A stretch of 63,892 nucleotides of DNA, the filler included, from Thermodesulfobacteriota bacterium (GTDB lineage: Bacteria; DASVDK01): the NCBI GenBank assembly GCA_036381125.1. It is 6 parts of 6 records of this genome, joined end to end, with 100 filler letters (N's around TTAATTAATTAA, not from the genome) between each part and the next. Parts side by side here need not be neighbours in the genome. Positions count along the whole stretch, not along the records: positions 13,251 to 44,625 come from DASVDK010000266.1; 5 more parts are not named here. The stretch is one strand, 5' to 3'. The position numbers were made by a program, and so were the translations under genes. Under the pieces are notes generated by a model. The model was given only the letters and a program-made list of their open reading frames with translations, searched no databases and was not told the DNA's origin. Shown piece by piece: positions 13,151 to 25,350 of this stretch (the stretch's first letter is position 1; each line of letters starts with the position of its first letter).

Positions 13151-13250
13151 NNNNNNNNNNNNNNNNNNNNNNNNNNNNNNNNNNNNNNNNNNNNTTAATT
13201 AATTAANNNNNNNNNNNNNNNNNNNNNNNNNNNNNNNNNNNNNNNNNNNN
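13151..13250. other. Artificial contig linker
   Basis: N44-TTAATTAATTAA-N44. Confidence 0.99.
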
Positions 13251-13462
13251 AGGGGCCACCGGTCTGGTGGCGGCGCGAAGCGCCGCGCGAGCCGGCGCGG
13301 GAGCGCCGACGTGAGGCGAGGGGCCACCGGGCGTGGCGCGGCGCAAGCCGCGCATCGAGTGAAGGCCGGACTTGTTCCGGCCGGAGCGGACGATGGCCCC
13401 GAGCCGGTGGTGGAGCGGAGGCCCGGCTTTGCCGGGCCGGAGCGGAAGCCGGCCCCGAGCCG
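13251..13462. repeat. Cluster of four REP-like hairpins (A-A-B-B)
   Basis: AGGGGCCACCGG twice, each followed by a hairpin; then hairpin + GGAGCGGA + GGCCCCGAGCCG twice. Confidence 0.7.
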
Positions 13463-13479
13463 TTGAAGGAAACCATGCC

Positions 13480-14703
13480 GTGACGAGCCCGCGCCCCGCA
13501 CCCACCCGCAAGCGCCTCGCCCTGCTCGGCTCCACCGGGTCGATCGGGGTGAGCACGCTCGACATCGTCGCGACCTTCCCCGAGCGCTTCTCGGTCGTCG
13601 CCATGGCCGCCGGGCAGCGCGTCGAGCTGCTCGCGGAGCAGGTGCGCCGGTTCCGCCCGCGCCTGGTCTCGGTGCGGGACGCCGCCGCGGCGGCGGCGCT
13701 CGAGGCCCGGCTGCCGGCCGGGCTCGACGTGGAGGTCCGCTGGGGCACCGAGGGCGCGGTCGCGGCGGCCACGCACGAGGCGGCCGACCTGGTCGTCTCG
13801 GCGATCGTCGGCGCCGCCGGTCTCGAGCCGACCTACGCCGCCATCCGGGCCGGCAAGTCGGTGGCGGTGGCCAACAAGGAGCCGCTCGTCATGGCGGGCG
13901 CCCTCGTGATGGGCGAGGCGGCGCGCCAGGGGGTGCAGGTCTTCCCCATCGACAGCGAGCACTCGGCCATCTTCCAGTCGCTCGTCGGCCACCGGAAGGC
14001 CGACGTCCGGCGCCTCATCCTCACCGCCTCGGGCGGGCCGTTCCTGAACGTGCCGCGCGAGCGCCTGGCCCACGTGACCGTGGCCGAGGCGCTGAACCAC
14101 CCCAACTGGCGCATGGGGCCCAAGATCACCATCGACTCGGCGACCCTCATGAACAAGGGGCTCGAGGTGATCGAGGCGTCGTGGCTCTTCGGCATCGAGC
14201 CCGCGCGCATCGCCATCCACGTCCACCCGCAGTCGATCGTGCACGCCATGGTCGAGTACATCGACGGCGCGGTCGTGGCCCAGATGGGGGTGCCCGACAT
14301 GCGCGGGCCGATCGCCTACGCCCTGGCCTACCCGGACCGGCTGCCGGTGCCGCTGCCGCCGCTCGACCTCTGCGCCCTCGCCGGCCTCACGTTCCTGCCG
14401 CCCGACCACGAGCGGTTCCCCGCGGTGAACCTGGCCTACCGGGCCGCGCGCGTCGGCGGCACGCTGCCGGCCGTGCTGAACGCCGCGAACGAGGTGGCCG
14501 TGGCCGCCTTCCTCGACGGCCGCCTCCCCTTCGCCGGGATCCCGGTGCTCATCGAGCGGGCGATGGATGCGCACGCGCCGCGTCCGATCGCCACGCTCGA
14601 GGACGTGCGAGCCGCCGACGCCGACGGCCGCCGCCTGGCCGAGGAGCAGCTCGCCAGGCTCGGCCCCGCCGGGCCGCAGCCCCCGGCCCGGGCGGCGACG
14701 TAG
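13480..14703 (+). CDS. dxr: 1-deoxy-D-xylulose 5-phosphate reductoisomerase
   Basis: LGSTGSIG, ANKE, PIDSEHSA, TASGGPF, HPNWRMG, NAANE. Confidence 0.97.
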   Translation: MTSPRPAPTRKRLALLGSTGSIGVSTLDIVATFPERFSVVAMAAGQRVELLAEQVRRFRPRLVSVRDAAAAAALEARLPAGLDVEVRWGTEGAVAAATHEAADLVVSAIVGAAGLEPTYAAIRAGKSVAVANKEPLVMAGALVMGEAARQGVQVFPIDSEHSAIFQSLVGHRKADVRRLILTASGGPFLNVPRERLAHVTVAEALNHPNWRMGPKITIDSATLMNKGLEVIEASWLFGIEPARIAIHVHPQSIVHAMVEYIDGAVVAQMGVPDMRGPIAYALAYPDRLPVPLPPLDLCALAGLTFLPPDHERFPAVNLAYRAARVGGTLPAVLNAANEVAVAAFLDGRLPFAGIPVLIERAMDAHAPRPIATLEDVRAADADGRRLAEEQLARLGPAGPQPPARAAT

Positions 14704-14856
14704 GCGCCGCAGGGGCAAGTGGCCTCCGGCACGGCCATCGCCCCGGGTCCGGATGGCCGATGCGCACCCGGCGGGCGGGCCCCCGTCGGCCAGGGGACCG
14801 GGTGACGGCGGCGCGCCGTTGGTGGTAGACTCCGCTCCTTTGGATCGGAGGTAGCA

Positions 14857-16011
14857 GTGCCCGAGTTCATGGCCGCGATCAGCGTTGGCGCCGTCGGCGG
14901 GGTGCTCGAGAAGCTCCTGCTCATCGTCTTCGTCCTGGGCGCCCTCATCTTCGTGCACGAACTCGGACACTTCCTCCTGGCCAAGTGGTCCGGCGTGGGG
15001 GTCCTCAAGTTCTCCCTCGGCTTCGGGCCCACCCTCTTCGGCCGGCGGATCGGCGAGACCGAGTACGTCGTGTCGCTCATCCCGCTCGGCGGCTACGTGA
15101 AGATGGTCGGGGAGGGGGACGGGCCGGGGCAGGGTGGGGCGGAGTTCTCCGAGGCCGACCGGCAGCGCGCCTTCTCCGAGCAGTCGGTCTGGAAGCGGTT
15201 CCTCATCGTCTTCGCCGGCCCCGGCTTCAACCTCCTCACGGCCGTGGTGCTCCTCACCGCGGCCGCGGCGGTCTTCGGGCTGCCGGTCCCCACCGAGCGG
15301 CCGATCGTCGGCGAGGTCGTGGAGACGCGGCCGCCGGAGGCCCCGTCGCCGGCGCAGGAGGCCGGCCTGCGGTCGGGCGATCGCGTGGTCAGCGTGAACG
15401 GCGTCCCGGTGGCCTCGTGGGAGGAGATGGCGAAGGCCATCAACGCCAGCGGCGGGCAGCCGATCGCGCTCGTCGTCGCGCGAGAGGGCGAGGGGGAGCG
15501 GACGCTCACGGTGCACCCGCGCGAGGAAGCGGTGCGCGACATCTTCGGCGAGCCGGTCGCCGGCGGGGAGCGGCGCTTCGTCATCGGCATCCGCCCGGCG
15601 CCGGAGTACCAGGAGGTCTCGCTCCTCGAGTCGGTGCAGGTCGGCGCCATCGAGGCCTGGCGGATGACCGCGTTGACGGTCGAGGCGCTCGTCCGCCTCG
15701 TGCAGGGCCGCATCTCCGCGAGCACCATCGGCGGGCCGCTGCTCATCGGCGAGCAGACCATCCGGCACGCGGAGCAGGGGGCCGTGGCGCTCCTGCGCTT
15801 CATGGCGCTCCTCAGCGTCAACCTCGGCGTGCTGAACCTCCTGCCGGTGCCGGTTCTCGACGGCGGGCACCTGCTCTTCTTCGTCGTCGAGATGGTCACG
15901 CGACGGCCGGTCTCGCTCAGGACGCGCGAGATCGCGCAGCACGTGGGCCTCATGATGCTCCTGCTGCTGATGGGCTTCGCCATCTTCAACGACATCCGGC
16001 GCTGGCTCTAG
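14857..16011 (+). CDS. rseP: RIP metalloprotease RseP
   Basis: HELGH, PLGGYVKM, PDZ domain, NLLPVPVLDGGH; GGAGG upstream. Confidence 0.96.
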   Translation: MPEFMAAISVGAVGGVLEKLLLIVFVLGALIFVHELGHFLLAKWSGVGVLKFSLGFGPTLFGRRIGETEYVVSLIPLGGYVKMVGEGDGPGQGGAEFSEADRQRAFSEQSVWKRFLIVFAGPGFNLLTAVVLLTAAAAVFGLPVPTERPIVGEVVETRPPEAPSPAQEAGLRSGDRVVSVNGVPVASWEEMAKAINASGGQPIALVVAREGEGERTLTVHPREEAVRDIFGEPVAGGERRFVIGIRPAPEYQEVSLLESVQVGAIEAWRMTALTVEALVRLVQGRISASTIGGPLLIGEQTIRHAEQGAVALLRFMALLSVNLGVLNLLPVPVLDGGHLLFFVVEMVTRRPVSLRTREIAQHVGLMMLLLLMGFAIFNDIRRWL

Positions 16012-16033
16012 CCGTGCGGCGGTCGGCCGCCTC

Positions 16034-16714
16034 GTGAAGGTCCTCGGCGTCGACACCTCCACCCCTCAGGCGGCCATCGCGCTGACCGACGGCGACGCGC
16101 TCGTGGCCGAGGCGCGCCTGCCGGTCAGGCGCGGCGAGGCCGAGCGGCTCCTGCCGGCCATCGACCGGCTCCTGTCCGACGCGCGGGTGGGGCTCGCCGA
16201 GCTTTCCGGCGTCGGCGTCGCGATCGGACCCGGCTCGTTCACCGGCCTTCGGATCGGCCTCGCCACCGTGAAGGGGCTCGCCCTGGGCGCCGGGCTGCGG
16301 GTGGTGGGCGTCCCGAGCCTCGACGCCCTCGCCTGGCAGGTGCCCTGGGCCCTCCTCCCCGTCGTGCCGCTCCTCGACGCACGCCGGGGCGAGGTCTACG
16401 GCGCCAGGTTCGAGCCGGAGGCGGCCGGCGCCCTCGCGCGCGTCACCGAGGACGCGGCGCTCGACCTCGAGGGGCTGGCGGCCCTGGTGGGCGACGGGCC
16501 GGCGCTGCTCGTCGGGCCGGGGGCCGATGCCTGGCGCGAGGCCGTGACGGCCCGCCTGGGGCTGCGCGCCCGCTTCGTCCCCTCCGCGCTGGTCGGCCCG
16601 CGCGGCCTGGCCGTCGCCAGGCTCGCGGCCGCCCGCCTGGCGGCCGGCGAGGCCGACCCGGTCGATCGCCTGGTGCCGCGCTACGTCCGGGGGTTCGGGC
16701 GCGAGGCGTCCTGA
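16034..16714 (+). CDS. tsaB: tRNA t6A biosynthesis protein TsaB
   Basis: LGVDTS, GPGSFTGLRIG, DARRGEVY. Confidence 0.94.
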   Translation: MKVLGVDTSTPQAAIALTDGDALVAEARLPVRRGEAERLLPAIDRLLSDARVGLAELSGVGVAIGPGSFTGLRIGLATVKGLALGAGLRVVGVPSLDALAWQVPWALLPVVPLLDARRGEVYGARFEPEAAGALARVTEDAALDLEGLAALVGDGPALLVGPGADAWREAVTARLGLRARFVPSALVGPRGLAVARLAAARLAAGEADPVDRLVPRYVRGFGREAS

Positions 16715-16833
16715 AGCCCGATCGGCCGCGACCCGGGCGGCCATGCGGCCGCCTCGCGCCGCGGGCGTGCCCCCGGATGCCATGGAATCGGCATGCTATC
16801 ATGCACGGGCGTGCTCCCCCGCACCCCTCCGCG

Positions 16834-16862
16834 TTGACAACGCCGTGTGCCGGACGTATGCT
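16834..16862 (+). promoter_or_regulatory. Sigma-70 promoter
   Basis: TTGACA-N17-TATGCT. Confidence 0.8.
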
Positions 16863-16938
16863 CCCGCGAAAGGGGTCGCGCACCTCGAGGTCGGCGGGTC
16901 GCGCCGCCGCTTCCCTCCTGTCTTTCGGGGGACCGTTC

Positions 16939-17154
16939 ATGACCGAAAGAGAAGCCATCGTTGCGCGTCTGGCCCAGGAGAACGACGAGTTTGCCCGGAT
17001 GGTACGCGAGCACGCCGAACTCGACCGGCAGGTAGCCGAGCTCGAGCGTCGCGTACACCTGTCCACCGACGAGGAGCTGGAACTCAAGCGGATCAAGAAG
17101 CTCAAGCTCGCCGGCAAGGACCGGATCGAGGCGATGCTAGCGGCATACAGATAG
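16939..17154 (+). CDS. DUF465/YdcH-family small coiled-coil protein
   Basis: EHAELDRQV...ELKRIKKLKLAGKDRI. Confidence 0.85.
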   Translation: MTEREAIVARLAQENDEFARMVREHAELDRQVAELERRVHLSTDEELELKRIKKLKLAGKDRIEAMLAAYR

Positions 17155-17186
17155 CCGACGGGCCGAACGCAGCCCGGGCCACTCTG

Positions 17187-17261
17187 AGGCGACTCGGGCG
17201 GCTTCGGGGGGCGCACTCGGCCCCCCGGTAACGAAGCCGCCTCCGAGTCGCCTTTTCGTTT
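17187..17261 (+). terminator. Long hairpin with T-rich tail (intrinsic terminator-like)
   Basis: AGGCGACTCGG/GCGGCTTCG pair with CGAAGCCGC/CCGAGTCGCCT, then TTTCGTTT. Confidence 0.7.
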
Positions 17262-17349
17262 GGCTCTTGGACTGGCAACGATGGCCAGCATGCAGGCCGG
17301 AGAGGTCGATCGACCCCGGCCCCGGGTTGGGAGGCCGACGCAGGTCGCC

Positions 17350-19050
<1,701 letters not shown>

Positions 19051-19064
19051 AGGCGGAAGCGAGC

Positions 19065-19586
19065 ATGCGCCACACGCTGTCCGTCCTGGTCGAGAACGAG
19101 TTCGGCGTCCTCGCGCGGATCGCCGGCATGTTCAGCGCCAGGGGCTACAACATCGAGAGCCTGACCGTCGCCGAGACGCTCGACCCGACGGTCTCCCGGA
19201 TGACCATCATCACCCGGGGGAGCGACCAGATCATCGAGCAGATCACCAAGCAGCTCCACCGCCTCGTGAACGTCCTCAAGGTCGTGGACGTGACCGAGGA
19301 GGGGGACCACATCACGCGCGAGATGGTCCTCATCAAGGTGACCGCCGACGGCGACGCGCGGGCCGAGGTGCTGCGCCTGGTCGAGATCTTCCGCGGGCGC
19401 GTCGTCGACGTCTCGCCCCGGACGCTCACCGTCGAGGTCACCGGGACCGAGGACAAGATCAAGGCCATCATCGACCTCATGATGCCGCTCGGCATCAAGG
19501 AGGTCGCCCGCTCCGGCCAGGTGGCCATGGCGCGGGGAGCGAAGACCCTGGGCGGAGAGCGGAAGCCCGCCCGGACGGAGGGGTAA
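19065..19586 (+). CDS. ilvN: Acetolactate synthase small subunit
   Basis: [23 protein letters not shown] domain. Confidence 0.96.
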   Translation: MRHTLSVLVENEFGVLARIAGMFSARGYNIESLTVAETLDPTVSRMTIITRGSDQIIEQITKQLHRLVNVLKVVDVTEEGDHITREMVLIKVTADGDARAEVLRLVEIFRGRVVDVSPRTLTVEVTGTEDKIKAIIDLMMPLGIKEVARSGQVAMARGAKTLGGERKPARTEG

Positions 19587-19596
19587 GGGAAGGGCG

Positions 19597-20619
<1,023 letters not shown>

Positions 20620-20627
20620 CGGAGCCG

Positions 20628-20704
20628 TGCGTCCGGCAAGATCCCGCAGGCAGCGTGACGGGCTGCGTCCGGCAACGCCCGGGAGCGGCCGTGCCGGCAA
20701 CGCC
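20628..20704 (+). repeat. Three short direct repeats with a CCGGCAA core
   Basis: TGCGTCCGGCAA at 20628 and 20664, GTGCCGGCAACGCC at 20691; CGTCCGGCAACGC also at 2267. Confidence 0.6.
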
Positions 20705-20751
20705 GTGAGGAGCGCCGGGCGGCGGCCGGAGCGCGGAGAGAGACGGTCCAG

Positions 20752-21438
20752 GTGAGCGTGTTCGTGCGGGAGCGCGGGCCGTCGGGGCCCCCGCCGATGG
20801 ACGAGGCGATCGTCCGGGAGGGGTGGCCGTTCGCGGCGATCGCGGGCGGGCTGGCGGTGCTCGGCTGGGCCGCGGCCGGCCCCTGGGCCGGCGTGCCCCT
20901 CCTCGCCCTGACCGCCTTCACCCTGAACTTCTTCCGCAACCCGCACCGCGACGTGCCGGCCGATCCGGGGGTGGTCGTGGCGCCGGCCGACGGCGTCGTC
21001 TGCGAGGTGGCCGACGAGGCGTCGCCCCGGCTCCTCGACGGGCCGGCGCGCCGGCTGTCGATCTTCATGAACGTGCTCGACGTCCACGTGAACCGCTCGC
21101 CGATCGCCGGCGTGGTCCGGGAGGTCGTCTACAACCCGGGGCGGTTCCTCGCGGCGAACGTGCCGAAGGCCTCGCTCGAGAACGAGCAGAACGCCCTGGT
21201 CCTCGAGTCGGCGGCCGGCCGGCGCGTGCTGCTCGTCCAGATCGCCGGGCTCGTCGCCCGGCGGATCGTGAACTACGCGCGCCCGGGCGACCGGCTCGCG
21301 CGCGGCCAGCGGTTCGGCCTGATCCGGTTCGGCTCGCGGGTCGACGTGTACCTGCCCGACGACGCCGAGGTCGCCGTGGCGCTCGGCCAGCGGGTGGTCG
21401 GCGGCGAGACGGTCATCGCCCGCCTGTCGGGAGTCTGA
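20752..21438 (+). CDS. psd: Phosphatidylserine decarboxylase proenzyme
   Basis: FFRNP, APADG, HVNRSP, FGSRVD cleavage motif; alternative ATG at 20797. Confidence 0.94.
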   Translation: MSVFVRERGPSGPPPMDEAIVREGWPFAAIAGGLAVLGWAAAGPWAGVPLLALTAFTLNFFRNPHRDVPADPGVVVAPADGVVCEVADEASPRLLDGPARRLSIFMNVLDVHVNRSPIAGVVREVVYNPGRFLAANVPKASLENEQNALVLESAAGRRVLLVQIAGLVARRIVNYARPGDRLARGQRFGLIRFGSRVDVYLPDDAEVAVALGQRVVGGETVIARLSGV

Positions 21439-21441
21439 GCC

Positions 21442-22176
21442 ATGCAGAAGGGCATCTACGTCCTCCCGAACCTGTTCACCGCGGCGTCGCTCTTCTCCGG
21501 CTTCTTCGCGATCGTGTCGACGTTCAACGGAGAGTACGCGAGGGCCGCGGTGGCCATCCTCGTCTCGGCCATCCTCGACAGCCTCGACGGCAAGGTCGCG
21601 CGGCTCACCGGCACGACGAGCCGGTTCGGCGTCGAGTTCGACTCGCTGGCCGACGTGATCGCCTTCGGCGTGACGCCGGGCGTGCTGGTGTACGCCTGGG
21701 CGCTTCGGCCCTTCGACAAGCTCGGCTGGCTCGCGGCCTTCCTCTACGTGGCCTGCACGGCCCTCAGGCTGGCGCGCTTCAACGTCCAGATCAGCACCGT
21801 GGACTCCAAGCGCTTCAACGGGTTGCCGTCGCCCGCGGCCGCGTGCTGCATCGCGACCACGATCCTCCTCTTCGCCCATTTCGAGGTGGACGAGCCGTCG
21901 CGGCACGTCCCGCTCCTGATCATGGTCTTCGCGCTCGCGTTCCTCATGGTGAGCGGCTTCAAGTACAACTCGTTCAAGGACGCGGACCTCTACCGCCGCC
22001 AGCCGTTCTACACGCTCGTGCTCTTCGTCCTGCTGCTGGCCATCGTGGCGTACGAGCCGCAGATCATGCTCTTCACCATCTTCATCCTCTACGCGCTCAG
22101 CGGGCCGGTCGCCGCGCTCCTCGCGCTCGGTCGACGTCACCAGCGCGAGCCGTCCCCGGCGCACGAGACGCGGTAG
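21442..22176 (+). CDS. pssA: CDP-diacylglycerol--serine O-phosphatidyltransferase
   Basis: LPNLFT, DSLDGKVAR...G...DSLAD, LRLARFN. Confidence 0.95.
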   Translation: MQKGIYVLPNLFTAASLFSGFFAIVSTFNGEYARAAVAILVSAILDSLDGKVARLTGTTSRFGVEFDSLADVIAFGVTPGVLVYAWALRPFDKLGWLAAFLYVACTALRLARFNVQISTVDSKRFNGLPSPAAACCIATTILLFAHFEVDEPSRHVPLLIMVFALAFLMVSGFKYNSFKDADLYRRQPFYTLVLFVLLLAIVAYEPQIMLFTIFILYALSGPVAALLALGRRHQREPSPAHETR

Positions 22177-22217
22177 GGGCCTCGTGACAGCGGAGCCATG
22201 ACGGGAGGTATCTCGAG

Positions 22218-23303
22218 ATGAGCGAGAAGCTGGTGGCCGTGCTGCCCGGAGACGGCATCGGGCAGGAGGTGACCGAGGAGGCGGTGGCGGTCCTGGAGGT
22301 CGCCGCGAAGAAGGCCGGCAAGGCGGTCCGCTTCGAGCGGGCGCCGGTCGGCGGCACCGCCTACGACCTCACCGGCTCGCCGCTGCCGCCCGAGACGCTG
22401 GCGCTCGCGCAGCGAGCCGACGCGGTGCTCCTCGGCGCCGTCGGCGGCCCGAAGTGGGAGCCGCTCGACTTCTCGGTCCGCCCGGAGCGGGCCATCCTGG
22501 GCCTCCGCAAGGAGCTGGGCCTCTACGCGAACCTGCGTCCCGCCAGGGTCTTCCCGGCGCTCGCCGACGCCTCCACGCTCAAGCGCGAGGTGATCGACGG
22601 CGTCGACATGATCGTCGTGCGCGAGCTGGTCGGCGGCATCTACTTCGGCCACCCGCGCGGCGTGGAGCGGATGCCCGACGGCACCGAGCGCGGCGTGAAC
22701 ACCGAGGTCTACACCACCCCCGAGATCGAGCGGATTCTCAGGGTCGGCTTCGACCTCGCGCGCGCGCGGCGCAAGCGCCTCTGCTCGGTCGACAAGGCCA
22801 ACGTCCTCGAGTCCTCCGAGCTCTGGCGGAACACGGCCATCCGGATGGGCCGCGACTACCCGGACGTCCAGCTCACGCACATGTACGTCGACAACGCCGC
22901 GATGCAGCTCATCCGCAACCCGAAGGAGTTCGACGTGCTCGTCACGTCCAACATCTTCGGGGACATCCTGTCGGACGAGGCGTCGATGCTGACCGGCTCG
23001 CTCGGAATGCTCCCCTCGGCGTCGCTCGGCGGCCGGGTCGGCCTCTACGAGCCGATCCACGGTACCGCCCCGGACATCGCCGGCCAGGACAGGGCCAACC
23101 CCCTGGCCACCATCCTCTCGGCCGCGATGCTCGCCCGGCTGTCGTTCGGCTGGGAGGACGTGGCGTCGAGCATCGAGGGCGCCGTGCAGCGGGTCCTCGA
23201 CGAGGGCTACCGCACGGCCGACATCTACCGGCCCGCGCCGGGCGTCACCCTCAAGTCGGTCGGCTGCAAGGCGATGGGCCGCGCCGTACGGGAGGCCGTC
23301 TAG
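22218..23303 (+). CDS. leuB: 3-isopropylmalate dehydrogenase
   Basis: [47 protein letters not shown]. Confidence 0.97.
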   Translation: MSEKLVAVLPGDGIGQEVTEEAVAVLEVAAKKAGKAVRFERAPVGGTAYDLTGSPLPPETLALAQRADAVLLGAVGGPKWEPLDFSVRPERAILGLRKELGLYANLRPARVFPALADASTLKREVIDGVDMIVVRELVGGIYFGHPRGVERMPDGTERGVNTEVYTTPEIERILRVGFDLARARRKRLCSVDKANVLESSELWRNTAIRMGRDYPDVQLTHMYVDNAAMQLIRNPKEFDVLVTSNIFGDILSDEASMLTGSLGMLPSASLGGRVGLYEPIHGTAPDIAGQDRANPLATILSAAMLARLSFGWEDVASSIEGAVQRVLDEGYRTADIYRPAPGVTLKSVGCKAMGRAVREAV

Positions 23304-23305
23304 AC

Positions 23306-24319
23306 ATGGCACGCGGCTACCACGTTGCCGTCGCCGGCGCTACCGGCGCCGTCGGGGGCGTCATGCTCGAGATCCTCGAGGAGCGCGACTTCCCGGTCGC
23401 GAGCCTCAGGCTCCTCGCCTCGGAGCGGAGCGCCGGGTCGACGGTGACCTTCAAGGGCGAGCGGCTGCGGGTCGAGGTCATGACGGAGCGCTCGTTCGAG
23501 GGGGCCGACGTGGCCCTCTTCTCGTGCGGCGGGGAGCGGAGCAAGGCGTTCGCGCCGGCCGCCGTGCGCGCCGGGGCGGTCGTGATCGACAACTCGAGCG
23601 CGTTCCGCATGGACCCGCGGGTGCCGCTCGTGATCCCCGAGATCAACGCCCACGCCCTCGCCGAGCACCAGGGCATCGTGGCGGTGCCCAACTGCACGAC
23701 GATCGTGATGCTCATGGCGCTCAAGCCGCTCCACGACCTCTCGCGCGTCGCCAGGGTCGTCGCCACGTCCTTCCAGGCGGCGTCGGGGGCCGGCGCCAGG
23801 GCCATGGCCGAGCTCGAGGCGCAGCTCAGGGGCTGGGCCGAGGGGCGCGAGGTGCCGGCATCGGTCTTCCCGCACCCGCTCGCGTTCAACGTCATCCCGC
23901 ACATCGACGCGTTCCTCCCGAACGGCTACACGAAGGAGGAGATGAAGCTCGTCAACGAGACGCGCAAGATCCTCGGCGACCCGGACATCCGCGTCACGGC
24001 GACGACGGTCCGGGTGCCGGTGCTGCGGGCGCACGCGGTGAGCGTCAACGCGGAGACCGAGCGGAAGGTCTCGCCCGACGAGGCGCGGGCCGCGTTCGCG
24101 CGCTTCCCCGGCCTCGTGGTGGACGACGACCCGGCCGAGCGGCGCTACCCGATGCCGCGCGACGTGGCGGGGAAGGACGAGTGCGTGGTGGGCCGCATCC
24201 GCGAGGACGAGAGCCACCCGCGGGCGCTCAACTTCTTCGTCGTGGGCGACCAGCTCCGCAAGGGGGCGGCGCTCGACGCGGTCCAGATCGCGGAGGCGCT
24301 GGTAGGGAGGGGTCTGTGA
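23306..24319 (+). CDS. asd: Aspartate-semialdehyde dehydrogenase
   Basis: GATGAVG, DNSSAFRM, PNCTT (catalytic Cys), RVPVLRAH, DQLRKGAA. Confidence 0.96.
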   Translation: MARGYHVAVAGATGAVGGVMLEILEERDFPVASLRLLASERSAGSTVTFKGERLRVEVMTERSFEGADVALFSCGGERSKAFAPAAVRAGAVVIDNSSAFRMDPRVPLVIPEINAHALAEHQGIVAVPNCTTIVMLMALKPLHDLSRVARVVATSFQAASGAGARAMAELEAQLRGWAEGREVPASVFPHPLAFNVIPHIDAFLPNGYTKEEMKLVNETRKILGDPDIRVTATTVRVPVLRAHAVSVNAETERKVSPDEARAAFARFPGLVVDDDPAERRYPMPRDVAGKDECVVGRIREDESHPRALNFFVVGDQLRKGAALDAVQIAEALVGRGL

Positions 24320-25335
24320 CCCTGCGCAAGCCTGTCCTCGCGCTGGTCGGCGCGACGTCGGCCGTCGGGCGCGACCTCATCGAGCGGCTCGCCGAGCGGC
24401 GGGTGCCGCTCGAGCGGCTCCGCCTCCTCGTGGCGGAGGTCGACGACCGGCAGCTTCCGGACTCCCCCGACGGGGTGCCGACGACGCTGGACCTCGTCTC
24501 GAAGGACGCGTTCGGCGGCGTCGACCTCGCGGTCTTCTGCGACGACCCCGAGATCGCCCGCCGCTACGCGCCGGTCGCCGCCGACGCCGGGGCGACCGTC
24601 GTCGACCTGACCGGGGGGACGCTCGAGGAGGCCGGGGTCGCGCTCGTGGCGCCCGGCATCACGCCCCCCTCCGCGATCGCCGCCGCGGGCCGGCGCCTCG
24701 CGCTGCCGCCGCCGGCGGCCGGCGCCCTGGCCGCGATCCTCGCCCCGCTCCACGCGGCCGCCGGTGTCAAGCGCGTCGTCGTGTCGATCTACGAGGCGGC
24801 CGCCACGGCCGGACAGGCGGGCCTCGACGAGCTGCTCGACCAGGTGCGCGGCCTCCTCGGACAGCAGGAGGCGCCGACCAGGGCGTTCCCCGAGCAGCTC
24901 GCGTTCAACGTGATCCCGCGGACCGGCCCGTTCACCCCCGAGGGGGACACCGAGCCGGAGCGCCGGCTCGTCGCGTCGCTGCGCCGCCTCCTCGGCATAC
25001 CGGACCTCCGGGTGGCGGTCACCGCCGCGCGGGTGACGGCGTTCCACGGCACCTCGGCGTCGGTCAACGTCGAGTTCGAGCGGCCGATCACCCCGGCCGA
25101 CGCGCGGACGCGCCTGGCCGCCGCGCCCGGCGTCGAGGTCGTCGACGACCCGGCCGAGGGCCGCTACCCGCTCGGCCTCGACGCGGCGGGGCAGGACTTC
25201 GTCCTCGTCGGCCGGATCCGAGCCGACCGCAGCGTCCCGTCGGGCCTCTCGCTCTGGCTCTCGGCCGACGACATCCGCCGCGGCGGCGCCGTCGCCGTCG
25301 TCGAGGTGATCGAGGCCATCCGGCAGGCCGCCTGA
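24316..25335 (+). CDS. Asd-like (Usg-type) paralog lacking catalytic residues
   Basis: GATSAVG, LAFNVIP, VGRIR, DDIRRGGA retained; PNC replaced by PPP. Confidence 0.85.
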   Translation: MTLRKPVLALVGATSAVGRDLIERLAERRVPLERLRLLVAEVDDRQLPDSPDGVPTTLDLVSKDAFGGVDLAVFCDDPEIARRYAPVAADAGATVVDLTGGTLEEAGVALVAPGITPPSAIAAAGRRLALPPPAAGALAAILAPLHAAAGVKRVVVSIYEAAATAGQAGLDELLDQVRGLLGQQEAPTRAFPEQLAFNVIPRTGPFTPEGDTEPERRLVASLRRLLGIPDLRVAVTAARVTAFHGTSASVNVEFERPITPADARTRLAAAPGVEVVDDPAEGRYPLGLDAAGQDFVLVGRIRADRSVPSGLSLWLSADDIRRGGAVAVVEVIEAIRQAA

Positions 25336-25350
25336 CGCGCGGCGCAGTCC

